A stretch of DNA of 64,000 nt from assembly GCA_000002435.2 (NCBI GenBank), contig CM018791.1; one strand, 5' to 3'. The position numbers and the translations under genes were made by a program. The notes under the pieces are model-generated. The model made no database searches, was not told the origin of the DNA, and saw only the letters and a list, made by a program, of their open reading frames with translations. This stretch comes from Giardia intestinalis. Its lineage: Eukaryota. This document shows, piece after piece, positions 40,383 to 52,300 of the stretch (positions are counted from its first letter, which is position 1; every line of letters begins with the position of its first letter).

Positions 40383-43300
40383 CTACGTCCGAGGCTGCTG
40401 CTCAAATAAGTTCTTAATAAACAGAGCCAATAGTAGCTGTCGCCTCAAATGAACGTCTGCAGAGGAGAGTATCTCCGAAACAGGTAGTATTTGCATGCAG
40501 AGATCGAGCATCTCATTCATCTTTTTCATCAAGGAGGAAGATGGCATGCTCCTGTTTTCAATATAGGTTCTGCGCAGCTCAAACGCATAGTAATATGCTT
40601 GACTAAGGAAGAACGCAGCGCAATCTTTACCCACTCTAACGATCATATGGTAGTCAATATCGTTCTTTTTGGTCTGCACGACCTGCTCGAACTTTTTACA
40701 AAAGGCCTGTAGTACAGAGAAAGCATTGTCTTCTAAGGCACCTAGAATTCCGGACCACTTACTAGTTATATGATTAATCCTAGTTATCAAGATATTGCGT
40801 TGTATCATCAGCTCGTCTTCACGCAGAGGCTGCTCACGGATGAGACTCATGTATCCCAGGGCGTATTGCCAACTATCTTCGGTAAGGGGTTTTTCAAAGA
40901 ACAGATTGTCTTGGGAGTAAAGACCTGCTATATGTTCAAACAAAGCCCGCTCCGAGCCTTCTAAGTTATTCTTTTTGTTGACTACGCTGGGAAACAATTT
41001 GTTGAGAAGCTTAAGGATCACAGATAACGTTTCTTTATATGAGGAGACAGACAATTCATCTCCAGAGGACTTGGTTGGCATTGCAGCAGCATTGCTCGAG
41101 TATCCGATTGATTCCCATCCTGCTCCAAAGGGCGATGCATTGGAGTGCAGCTGTGAGTAACTTCTTTGGGGAGTAATTCCAAAGTGAGACGGGGGTTGAG
41201 CCTGATAATACGGCATATTGAGATAAGGCGATGAGCTCTGGTATCCCAGATGGTCCTGGTTGAGAGTGTGGTACTGCCCAGGACGCAGTTGAGATTCTGG
41301 AGCGCTTGCAGCCCGTGCTCCTGCTAGAGGGTATTGCTGAGTAAGTAGTCGCTGGTGCATGAGGGATCCCTGTTCCGCTTGATATGACATGCTTGCCGGT
41401 CCATAGCCATTGGAGTGGGGATACGCACCGGTTCTCATTGTAAAAGGATCATACCGGGTAGGCGGCGGATACGTCTGGGAGTGTACCCCCGGATAACGTG
41501 GTGCTGGAAGCATGTCAGTTCTTTGGTAGGGCTCCATTCCTCTGCCCTGTCTGCCATAGTATCTGTTGCCTCCCACCGCCCCATACGGAGCTCTTGGTCC
41601 CCCCGGTGCCCCCTGCGGATACTGAAGCTTTTCTTGGGGATAAGCCGTTGCATCGTGGTACTCTCCTGGTTGTCTATGAGACTGTGGGGCGCTACTAGGT
41701 CCGAATTGACCGATTCTTGGACCCATCTGGTAAGGAGGAGTAGGGCCAGAGGTCCCCGGCGTGTGCGTGTACCCAGTGGGCGTAGGCATGGCTCCAAAAG
41801 CGGTTGGTTGCGTGCATGTAGTCTGTATAGAGGGAGAATAGGGTGGTACGTCTACGCTGAATATTTCGTTGAGACGGTTTTCTGGATGTGCTTTCAAAGC
41901 TATAAGCCGTACATGGCTCCTAGAAGCCTGCATAATATTGCGGGATATGTCTATTACACTGTTCAAGTCGTGATTGTAATACTGCTCGTTGAGATTGCTT
42001 AGTAGTATGCGCTCCGTGGCAAGACCATAGATCAAGAGCCGATGCCTCTCTTTAATAAACTCTGCTGTTACAGGGACGCGAATAGCCTGCAGGATTGATG
42101 GCCACCTATCCTTGATAAGAGCCGAAAACTGCTTGATGGCAAATGTGATCTGTTCTGAACTGGGTACTCGTCTGAGACGCTGCAGTAGATCGAAGTTGAA
42201 GAGAAACTCATCTGAAAATAGTGGCACCACAGCCTGCCATGGTATAGCATGCACATAGTACGCGTTCCATCGCTCCTTCAAGACAGGATGGAGCTTGACA
42301 TCACATCGTTGAGTGAGAGTATGGGTGGGGAACAAGAGATTGCACGTGTCGGTGTTGGTACACGCATTGGGGAACTTATTATAGGCTTTTTCGAGCATGA
42401 GCGTAAGTTGCTGGAATATGGGGAGGAGGATCTTGGCTAGCTGGATAGGATTTGTGGTGTGCGAACAGTTGTACTCCTTCTTATCCATCAGAAGCTGCTG
42501 ATACTTACCCCGGTATCGAACGTACGCATGTAGGACCTTCAAATCAGACAATTTTGACCACGCGGAGTGAATCAGCTCCGCCACTGTCATCACAATCTTT
42601 ATATCTTCCTCTGCTACCTGCGGAGCGGGGCTAGCCTTGAGAGCGGCGATATCGTGCAAGTTGAGTCCAAATTTTTCGAGAAACTCAATCTTGCAATAGG
42701 TAAGGTACAACCAACAATTCTTAAGGTCTGTAAGCCCGTATTCCTGGACGGTGAAGAGCGACCTCATTGTCAAGGGCGTTGAATAGTAGCGGCTGGCATA
42801 GGTAGGATCCATCATGCAGTCGTACATATAATCGACATACTCTATCATTAGGTCAATTGCGCAGGCGCTTGGATGAATTCTAAGAACATATTGCTTGATG
42901 GTACTGAAGCTTTGCTGTAACGTCCCCTGTTGTCCGTAGTATTGAGAGCTACGAGATGGTAGCATCCTCGGGTTTATCAAAGAACTTGCCTGAGTATGCG
43001 AGTTAGTGGTGTAGTAAAATGGGGGTAAGTAGTAAGAGATGTTCCATAGTAGTCTATATGCTAAGGCGGCAGGTGAGCATGCGACGTCATTGATGGCCGC
43101 AGTCTCTGGAGAAACAGGTTCCTGTAGGCCTTCATTGGAGGTGTTGGCAGTGTCGGCCTCTGGATTGCTTGCTGCCCTTGGGGTGGTGAGATTTTGAAGA
43201 GAGAAGTCTTCAATGTACTGATTGCAGCATTGAAGCCAGTAATTCTCTACCACAGGGACTTGCTGGATGCCACGGGAAAAGACAGTGGCATACTTTGATC

Positions 43301-46300
43301 CCGTGTTACACAGACACCAATCGAATGAAAATAATAGATAGTTATACCGCACAGAAAGTTCTTTCAGCTTTCCTTGCAAAATTCGAAGCAGGTAAAGATC
43401 GTGTGTGGCCTTACTTATGTCTGTGTTCTGAACATATGGCCGTAACTCATCTGGTAGCTTGCGGCACTTCTTGACCATAAGCCAGAGTATCTGTAGGAAA
43501 GTAACGGAGGCCCGTAGGATAGTGCTAACGGGAAGAGAACGATCCTTAGTTGTCATAAGGAGATATGTGCGAATAATATTCTCATACATCTCCAAGGGCG
43601 TTGTCCCAAGTCCCACACCAATGGACATTATAATCTCGATCAGAAGCTGCCTGTTGTGTTCTGGAATCAGAGTCTCAAAGTCACTGACAAGGGACTCGAT
43701 CTTCTGTTGCTCTACGCTATCGGTGACTAGCCCCGACACCATAAAGTTACTCGACATCAGGGCAGACAGTATAGTATGCTCCTTCATGCTTATGCCGGAC
43801 ACCGGATCCTGAAGAAATACCGCAAGTAGATCCTGTTGGCCAGCCTCTCTCTGAGGGATATACATGTAATTGACTAAGTACCTTAGAAAGAAGGAATCTA
43901 AATCTGTGTGGTCATCGGGGAAACGATAAGGCTCATAAATATAATCGAACAGTCCCCCGTGTAGATATGTTCCGCCAACTACAAGAAACCTCTCGGCCAT
44001 GTGGAGACGGGCTCGTTGTTTTGGAGTACTGTCGCTTTGTTCGCCTAAGCTAAGGTAGCTCCCATCAATCGGCGTTGATTGGTCACGCGACGCAGTGGAA
44101 GGTAACTCGCTAGAAGATCCTTGGGGCAATGGTACAAAGTCCCCCAGTGCAACTGAGAGAGTGTTTTGCACTTTGGAGAAGGCTATCTGGGGGTAGAAGA
44201 TGCTGTTCTGGTTGTCCATGGGATAGGCCCGCATGAGCAGCATCCTAATGGTTCTAAGCACCACATGTAGGAGAACTTTCGTAGGAATTGGAGCAAGCCC
44301 TTGGAGCGTCGCTTGAGGTAGCAACGCGGGAGTGCTTGTAGTTTTAGAATAGATAGCATTATCCTTAAATAAGTCCAACTGGATCTTGCTTGTGGCAGGA
44401 GTTAGAACCATACGGTTATAGGTTTCTGCGATCATATGCGCTGATAATACAGAATTAAGTGCAGGAGACGTGCTGGCACCGTTGTCCACTACCGACGGCT
44501 GCACCAGAGAATTGCTTTTATCCTGGTGTCCTGTGCGCTCTACCAGTCCCGGATGAGTAGAACTAATAGAAGACAGATCCAGTGAGTTCATTAGTGGCGA
44601 GTCATAGATATGAAGATTGGCCGTCGAGAACCGCTCCACATAGAGATTCTCAGTTGCCGGAAGCTGCTTGAGGGAGTCCTGTTCTAACCCGTTGTTTGTA
44701 ATGCTTACTGATGACGTATATCGGAGACTGCATTCCGCAGCTGGAGCCTCATCTGTGGCTTCAAGCTGGGGCTTCATTATAGAATGAGGATAGGGATGGA
44801 CATTGGCAATCCCATAGCGGCGTTGTTCGAAGGGTCGCGGCCTATTGCTTGTTGCACTAGCAGATGGTGAACACAACTTTTGCATAAAGGTCTCAGATAT
44901 ACTATTGCACAAGACTTTGGGCGCGCCATCTTCTGAGGCAGACTGTATTAACGCGAGATAGTCCTGATTTGCTGATATTTCATAATGATAGACACCAAAA
45001 GCTAATCGGTAAATCCATGAATAGTCACAGGAAAAGAGCGTGGTGAAAGAATCCACTGTGAGAAGGCCATCTTGGGCATACGCGTGAACGTACTGATTCA
45101 GTAGTGTAGTGTCCACCAGCGCTAGAGGCGAGCTCATTGAGATGGTACGGATCTTTGCGCGAACCAGTCTGTGGATGTAGACGAGCTGAGGAGTAAATTG
45201 TATGGTACCTAAGTCGGTCAAGGCATGAGCAACGCTGAACTCCAACGTGCTGAAAGTCCTGAAAAGCTCTTGGCAAAGATCTGGTCCTTGCGTCCAACGC
45301 AGAGGTAAAGCTACGGAGTCTTCGTTCTCTAGGTAAAGCGAGATAAGCTGAGGAACATTAGTGAAAAAGTGGTAAATGAGCAGGTTATCAGCAATGACGT
45401 TTGTAGAGCTATATAAGCTTCCCTTGAAAAGATACTCGTTGGACCTACATAATTCGCTAGTATGTAAGAGCTTGCACGGGTGAACTCCATTATACGCTAG
45501 AATTATGCTACTAAATTGTAATAGAAGATGTAAATAACAAGGCGATTCAGGACCCAAGACTAAAGAGTGGCCATAGAGGAAGGTGTGCTTAAGCATAAAC
45601 GCCAAAAAAGAAGCGTCGTCCTTCAGCGTAGATGCAGTATATGAGTACTCATGTCCTCTGGGCCCCCTGGGATCAAGCAGAAAGGCGGGAATGTCGGCAA
45701 GAAGCAGACGAAGGATGACGTAGTATTTAAAGAATATAGAGTTATATCCTAGGGAAGCGAACACGAGGTTGCTGTCGATTGTCTTCAGAAGTGTGTGAAG
45801 CACTGTGCCTGTAATGTCGTACATCTTCAGCCAGTTCTCTGAAAAGACTTTCTTGCATAGGTTGCAGTGACGAAGAAGCCCTCGTAAGGACGAGTAAATG
45901 GGGTATAACGTGTACGGAATGGCAAAGTCCATGGCTGCACATATTGTTTTGTGCCTAAACAGCGCATATGTCTTGGCTAATGCCCGAGAGTACTCTGTCA
46001 CCGTGGACTGCAGTGTATTCTTTTTGATATGCGCAGAAAAGAAGCTTGTCAAGATGTGCAGTACAGCCCTGTTTCCTATGCGATCAAAGGGGTGGCTTGT
46101 CTGGCAAGAGGTGCTCAGCTTTCGTTGTAAAGACATGAACTGTATGTGGATGCTCTCTTGACCGTCTAAAGATGCGACTGTTGTATATAACAGATGGTTC
46201 AATAGCTCACAAACCGCCCGGCCGTAAAGAATATACTCATACCTATATACTAGATGCCCGTACTCATTGGCGATGTCGCTTCTTGTCGTTTTAGCAAAGT

Positions 46301-49300
46301 AGAGACAGGGGACCTGAAGCTCTGAGACACAGCCGACACACTTCTTTGAAAGAATATAGGAGTACGCAGCACTCACGTATGCAAGGGCGTACTCCTCCAG
46401 AACAAAAGCTGGTGTGCCGTGATGTAGCATATTCCTCTTCAGAAGCCCGTCTATCGTGAGGTATACATTAGATGCTAAAGTTTGTGGGAGCCCAGCCTCT
46501 TCTATACACTGTAGACAAAGACTCTCATGCTCATTAGCGCCGCAGTACGACAGACACGTTAAGTTCGATTGGTAAACACCATCCGATAGTATCGTGCTTT
46601 GGCTTTCAAGAGACGATTCCTGATAGAGCTTACACTGTCTAAAAACAGTTTGAGAGTTAGGTGTGATAATGTGCTGCGGGTTGACTGACGGTTTGTTGTC
46701 GAGCTGGCATGCTTGAACGAGGACCTTGACATCCTTCGTGTTTAGATTTGGAGTGGCAAGAAGCCCTGGATCAAACAGCTTCTGACAAATGAAGCAATAA
46801 TACAGTAGTGAGTTGTCTAAACTGGGATAGCTTAAATCTTTGTTACTTCTAGGGAGAGAAAACATAGCAGATGAATCGGCGGCGACGGGTTGCACTCCGT
46901 ACTGCTTTAGCAGCTTACGCTTCTCAGCAGACAAGTCCGCATCCAGCTCTCGAGTGCAGATGTTGTGGCATTCTTGGCATACTGGAAAGGACTTATCTAG
47001 GGTATATAGAGGTGTTAAAACGGATGAGTAACCATTGATGTAGTGCTGGACACTACTAGACTCTTTGAAAGTGTCTACAAAGCCCGCGGATGCTGGCAAC
47101 ATCCGAGGAATGGTGTGCGAAGAAGGATTCATGGAATAGAAGTCCAGTTTTGGCGGTATCGGCGGTTGGATGCTGAGGTTGAAAATATTCTGCATCGATG
47201 CAACCGTCACTTGCATGTCTGTTTGACCCTGGGAGTGCTCAACAGACCCGTCGAAATACGTGTAGAGAAACTCCGTAGGCGTCAACGTGGGGCCTTCAGG
47301 CTTTCGAAATAGTCTACCCATCTTGCTAAATAGGGGCGCGTTGATTGACGAGGTCCCAACTACGTTGCCAGAAATAACAGAAAACGCGGGTGATCCACGA
47401 AAGACATCTGGAGCTGCAGGCTCCTCCGCCCCGTCGTCAACAGAGCCTAGTTCTACTGAAGCTCCTGCGCTGCTCGGCGCTGGTCGAGTCCGCAGCTTCG
47501 ATGGTCCTGCTACGTCTTTTGCTCTCACTGACGTGTTCAGAGAGTCCACCGGGCTGCTTACATCGTTGGAAAACGAAGAATCTCTATGAGATATAGTAGC
47601 AACGGTAGGGGACCCGGCATAATATATGTAAAACGGTGTTGGGTCAAAGACTATTTTCAGAGACTCATAACTCATGCCAGCCGATTGTGGTCCACGGTCT
47701 TTTCTTTTGAGTATTTTGGGACTCTGATGATGCTCTCTATATACGGCTTTTGTCTGCGTGACAGAGGTCAGAGAATGCGATCGTAGAAGGCTCTCGTCAG
47801 TCTTACTCTTGCATGCTTGTACCATGTCTCTGAGTGTCGCTTTCACATTCATGAACAAGTACTGAATGGCCCCCTGTAAGAGCAAATCACAATCAAGCCA
47901 GGCACTGACCGTTCGTCGGACTAGCGGATCTATAAGATAAAGGCTCTGGGGCTTCAGATTTAAGCATGTATCAGTGAGCTTGGACATCTGGTTGCCAATG
48001 TTCGCCTGGTGTTGCTGGAAGGAGGTACAGCTTGCATGCACACAGACTCGTACAAGCTCATGCGTGGAAAACTTAAGAAGACTCTCCTGTAAAGATCTAT
48101 TGCTGAGATCTGCTTTCCGTGTGCCTTGCTTTAAGTCTATGGCTGCACATGTATCAGCAATATAGTCTCTCAATACTATAGATAGGGAATGAACCTCTCC
48201 ATATAGTACGTGGGTTGATTGAAACTGAATCGAGAATAGCGAATCCTCGAGCGAATGCTGGCAAAGATTCTGAAGGATGTATGGTGGCGACACAGAGTGT
48301 GGGGAGCTTTTTGATAATACCTGGTAGTCGTAGCAGAGCTTAGTGAATAGGTGGGCCATAGGCCTGGTACTAACAAATGGCATAGCAGCCAATAGGCTGG
48401 TGAAATCATAACCAGCAGGCACTGGTTTGTTCTTACCCCTTATTACCGGGGGCGTAGTCTGTGAACAGGCCTCGCTGAAAGCAAGTAGCATGAGCAGCAG
48501 CGTCTCTGGAACGACAGACACAACAAGGTCACTGGTTAAATTATCTGAAGCAGTTGTGCCTGCATTGCCTACTGCGTCCCTTATGTGTTGATAGTATGCC
48601 GGATAGGGAGCACCACTGCCAGTATCACCATTGCTGTTGGAGCAGTTAGCTTGTAGTTCTACTGCCTCTAAATCTGGTACGAAGATAGAGTCGAAAAACA
48701 CCGAAAGAAGCAAACGATTGAGTGCGTAAGTAGCAAGCTTGCGCATACTAAACGTGTCGTCGTCTGCATTTGATATCGATGCCAAAAGGCGTTCAGAGAC
48801 AGTCTTTTCGATAGTAGCAGATGTAAGCATGGTCAACACGTCCACCACAGTAATCCTTCCCGAATAGACATACCGGAGAAACACAAGGGTAGGCTTCACC
48901 ATAATATCAGGAACAAGGTACACCAGTGCAGTCTTTGTCCGGATAAAGATGGCCTGCGAAATAGCGTTAGAAAGCCCGGCTGCCTTTGCAAGCTTTACAG
49001 AGTGATCTGAGAAAAGCACACCCTGACACATAAACGCACTTGTCAATGCAGAGATCTGAAGAGCTCTTGACTGGGCGAGGTGCAAAGAATACACTACGAG
49101 GGAGTCAAAAAAAGCGTGCTCATTAATGTCAGCAAAGCCCGACGGATCCAGTTTAAAGTGCTTATTATATTCCTCACCGAGGCTTAGGCACGCATCTGTC
49201 CAGAGATAAATTAATAGCTGGAAGACGGCGTAACGAGCAACGGTGATGTATAATGGGTAGGATATTTTTGCCAGCGTATTCGGAACTTCTATCTCAAGAT

Positions 49301-52300
49301 ACCGCTTAAGCAGGGCTGGGCGAGAGTCATCGAAAATCACACGCCTAACGTTGGCGTCAATATCGAGGAATGTTCGCTGCAGAATGATTTGATCGAAGGT
49401 CTGCTGCATAATAAATACAAAAGATGGCTGAATAGAAGGCCTAGATGACAGAAACTCCTGCAGTTCAGCACACATCTCGGTGCTGAACTTGGATACTGAA
49501 AGAAAGTCCAATTGAAGCGCCGACAGTCTACTTGCACCAGAGGACTCAGAAGATACCGATACACTGCTTGAAGATGTGTCTTTGGCTGTTAAGGCTTGAA
49601 GCTCACTCAGCTCTTGCTGCTGAATGTAATCGGGGTTGTGAGCAATTAAGCCGCAGCCACATACAAGTCCGCTGGAGCACCGCACAGTGTTTAAGACGCT
49701 GCTTGATGATACCGATTCAATACTTCTCCTCAGCACCGTAGATCCAAATGGGGTTAAGGCAACGTTAAGCTGTCTGAGAAGACTGGCTGGAATATGAAGC
49801 CTAGCTACTTCATCGTCCAAGTTGTACGCTTGTATGTGAAGAAACAGGACAGAAAAAATTCTGTACGGGGTGTGTCTAGAGACGGCGTCGGTTGCCTTCT
49901 GCTTGATGTCATTGTAAAACTCGGTGCACTTGCGCCTATACTCCTCTATAGTGGATATCTTCACTTGGTCACGTGGATAGCCTGCGAAATATATGCTCAT
50001 GTTGCTAAGATGGCGCGACAGGTCAGTCGCCGTGTCAGCTGGCCTATTCTTCTCCCGTATATTTGTGAACACAGCCAGCTCTGCAGCGACTATCTGCGAG
50101 TGAACAGCCTCTGGCAGATAACCAGCGTCCAGAAAGTCTAGTAGTGCAAATGTGAGCATGATCTGAACAGGCTTTATAGCAGCGCTACTATCCATACCGA
50201 ACATGGAACTTAAGGCCTCTGAAATCAACTGAAACGTCGACAGCAACGTGTTTTTGGGAATGTGAATTAAAAATGACAGAATGGTTAAGCCCGCATGGAA
50301 CACATCCGCATCCATGGAGCTGAGCGACAGCAAAGCCTCTCTCAAAAGATCTATGGGGGCTTTCTCAGAGAGGCTAATGTTTGCTACTTTGGTAAGGGGC
50401 TCTGTAGTAAAGAGAGGGAACTCTTTACGCCCGGCAAAAAACCTGTATTTCGATGTAATGTTGTAACAACAATCAAGGTAATTGTACTGCTGCGGCGTCA
50501 TCTCCAAAGCTTCCTCTACAAAGATGCTTTCAAAGGGGATTTGGGAGAACACGTCTAAAAGTCTCATTGCCGCCTGAAAAGAGGCCACAATAATATAAGC
50601 AGGGAGTTGCTGGCAGATACGTTTTATAGATAAGACCTGTTTGCCATTTCGTTGAAAGAGTACAGTATCCGATGGATTCATCTTCAGGTGTGGCTCCACA
50701 AAGGTCTGTGAGAGAGGCTCTTTGACTACCTCGAACTCATTAGATGTACCATCACTCTTGCAGGGCTTGATGTAATAGTTGTGACAATCTTCTAAGTAAC
50801 CATCTAAATCTATTGCCTCTTGCAATCCGAGCTTTAAGGTAGCCGACGGTGAATTTGCTGATTGCTGAATATCATGAATTGCCTGCTCTTCCGGGAGCTT
50901 AGCATGTGCAACCCTTAATTTGAAATTGCACACATTACACCACACCCCCATAATAATAGAACACGCACACTTAGATATGGTCAAGACAGGCGAGCATGCG
51001 CTCCATCGTAATTGGTACCCTGTTTCGTTGAGGAGTTGCAGTCTCCGGGTAAAGTTTCCACTATTCTTTTGTGGCCACGTGGCACAGAGATGGTTGCCCT
51101 TTGCAGCATTCTTAAGGATGGCACGCTCGAGGGCGGTGTACTGTCGCAGATCTGAAGTGTTGCCACCGGTCTCTGGTCGTGCCTTAATAGTCTTGGTCTG
51201 AGATTTTCTAACAGCTGTGACAGCGCTCAGAGGTTGTTGCTTTAATACCCGAGGATCAGAGGGTTTCGAGGCCCGCTTTAATGCTTGCGATTTAAAGTTT
51301 GCACCAAAACCGCAAGAAAGAAGGGATTTAGCATCTAATGCACACAATTCGGGTGACGTCCTCGCCGCGGGAGCGCATCTATCCGCACTATCTTGATATA
51401 GAACTGAGGATATGATTTCTGCCGTAGAAACTCCTTGCGGAACCAAAACGTCTGCAACGCTGTCAGTCTGCCTAAGTGACCTAATAAACGAAGACAGAGA
51501 GTCTGAAACATTAGAAGACAAAACGGGGGACTGAAGCAGGTCAGACTCCTTCTTGATACGCGGGGGCCTGCCACGAGTAGGCGCGCTTTCTGTTACGACC
51601 AACTCCTCTGATAACTGATGCTGACACGGACAGTTATTAAGCTCACAGGTATCACACTCACTGGTCGTTCTTTTAGGTAGATCTGAAGATGTGGTAAAGA
51701 TATATCGACGTATAAAATCTATGGATGCAGAATCACTCGAGCAGTAGAGAGCATATTGATTCAGCTGTATATTGGTGAGCTCGTTGCTCCAGTTAATAAG
51801 ACGCTCATCAGTGCTAACAACGATCAAAATTGGTCGTTCTAAAGGTAAGAATGATGTGTATTCGTGGCTATCATCGCCACACCCCTCTTTATTATTGCTA
51901 GCCAGGATCTTCTGGACATTTGTTACAAATTCCGCCGGCGTAGAATTCATCGTCTCATGGATTGCAGGGTCCATTGGCTGAAATGATAGCTTTTCGCCCT
52001 TTTCGTGGTAGGGAACATTGTATTGGTATATCTTTGGAAACTTTCTTGTGCTACATCCATCTTGCTGTTGCTTTTCTTTCTCTAAGCTCTTGACAGACAT
52101 GAAGTACGCAGCGTATGGAACTCGCCCAGAGGGTAGATTAGAGTCCCAGAAAGGGGTTGAATATGCCTTGCTGATAGTCGCATACTCGTTAAACTTAAGG
52201 AAAGTGCAGAACAGCTTTGTTGTGAGCGGATATGGTCCTCTCTTTGAACCGGTGGCGGCATCTGCACGTGACTCAATAACGCTGAACCACGAACTGCCCA

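Noticed and set aside
41415-43812. Multiple 60-195-aa ORFs on the plus strand inside the giant minus-strand gene
   Set aside because: All are embedded in one continuous 13-kb ORF. Short antisense ORFs of this size are expected by chance across 13 kb.
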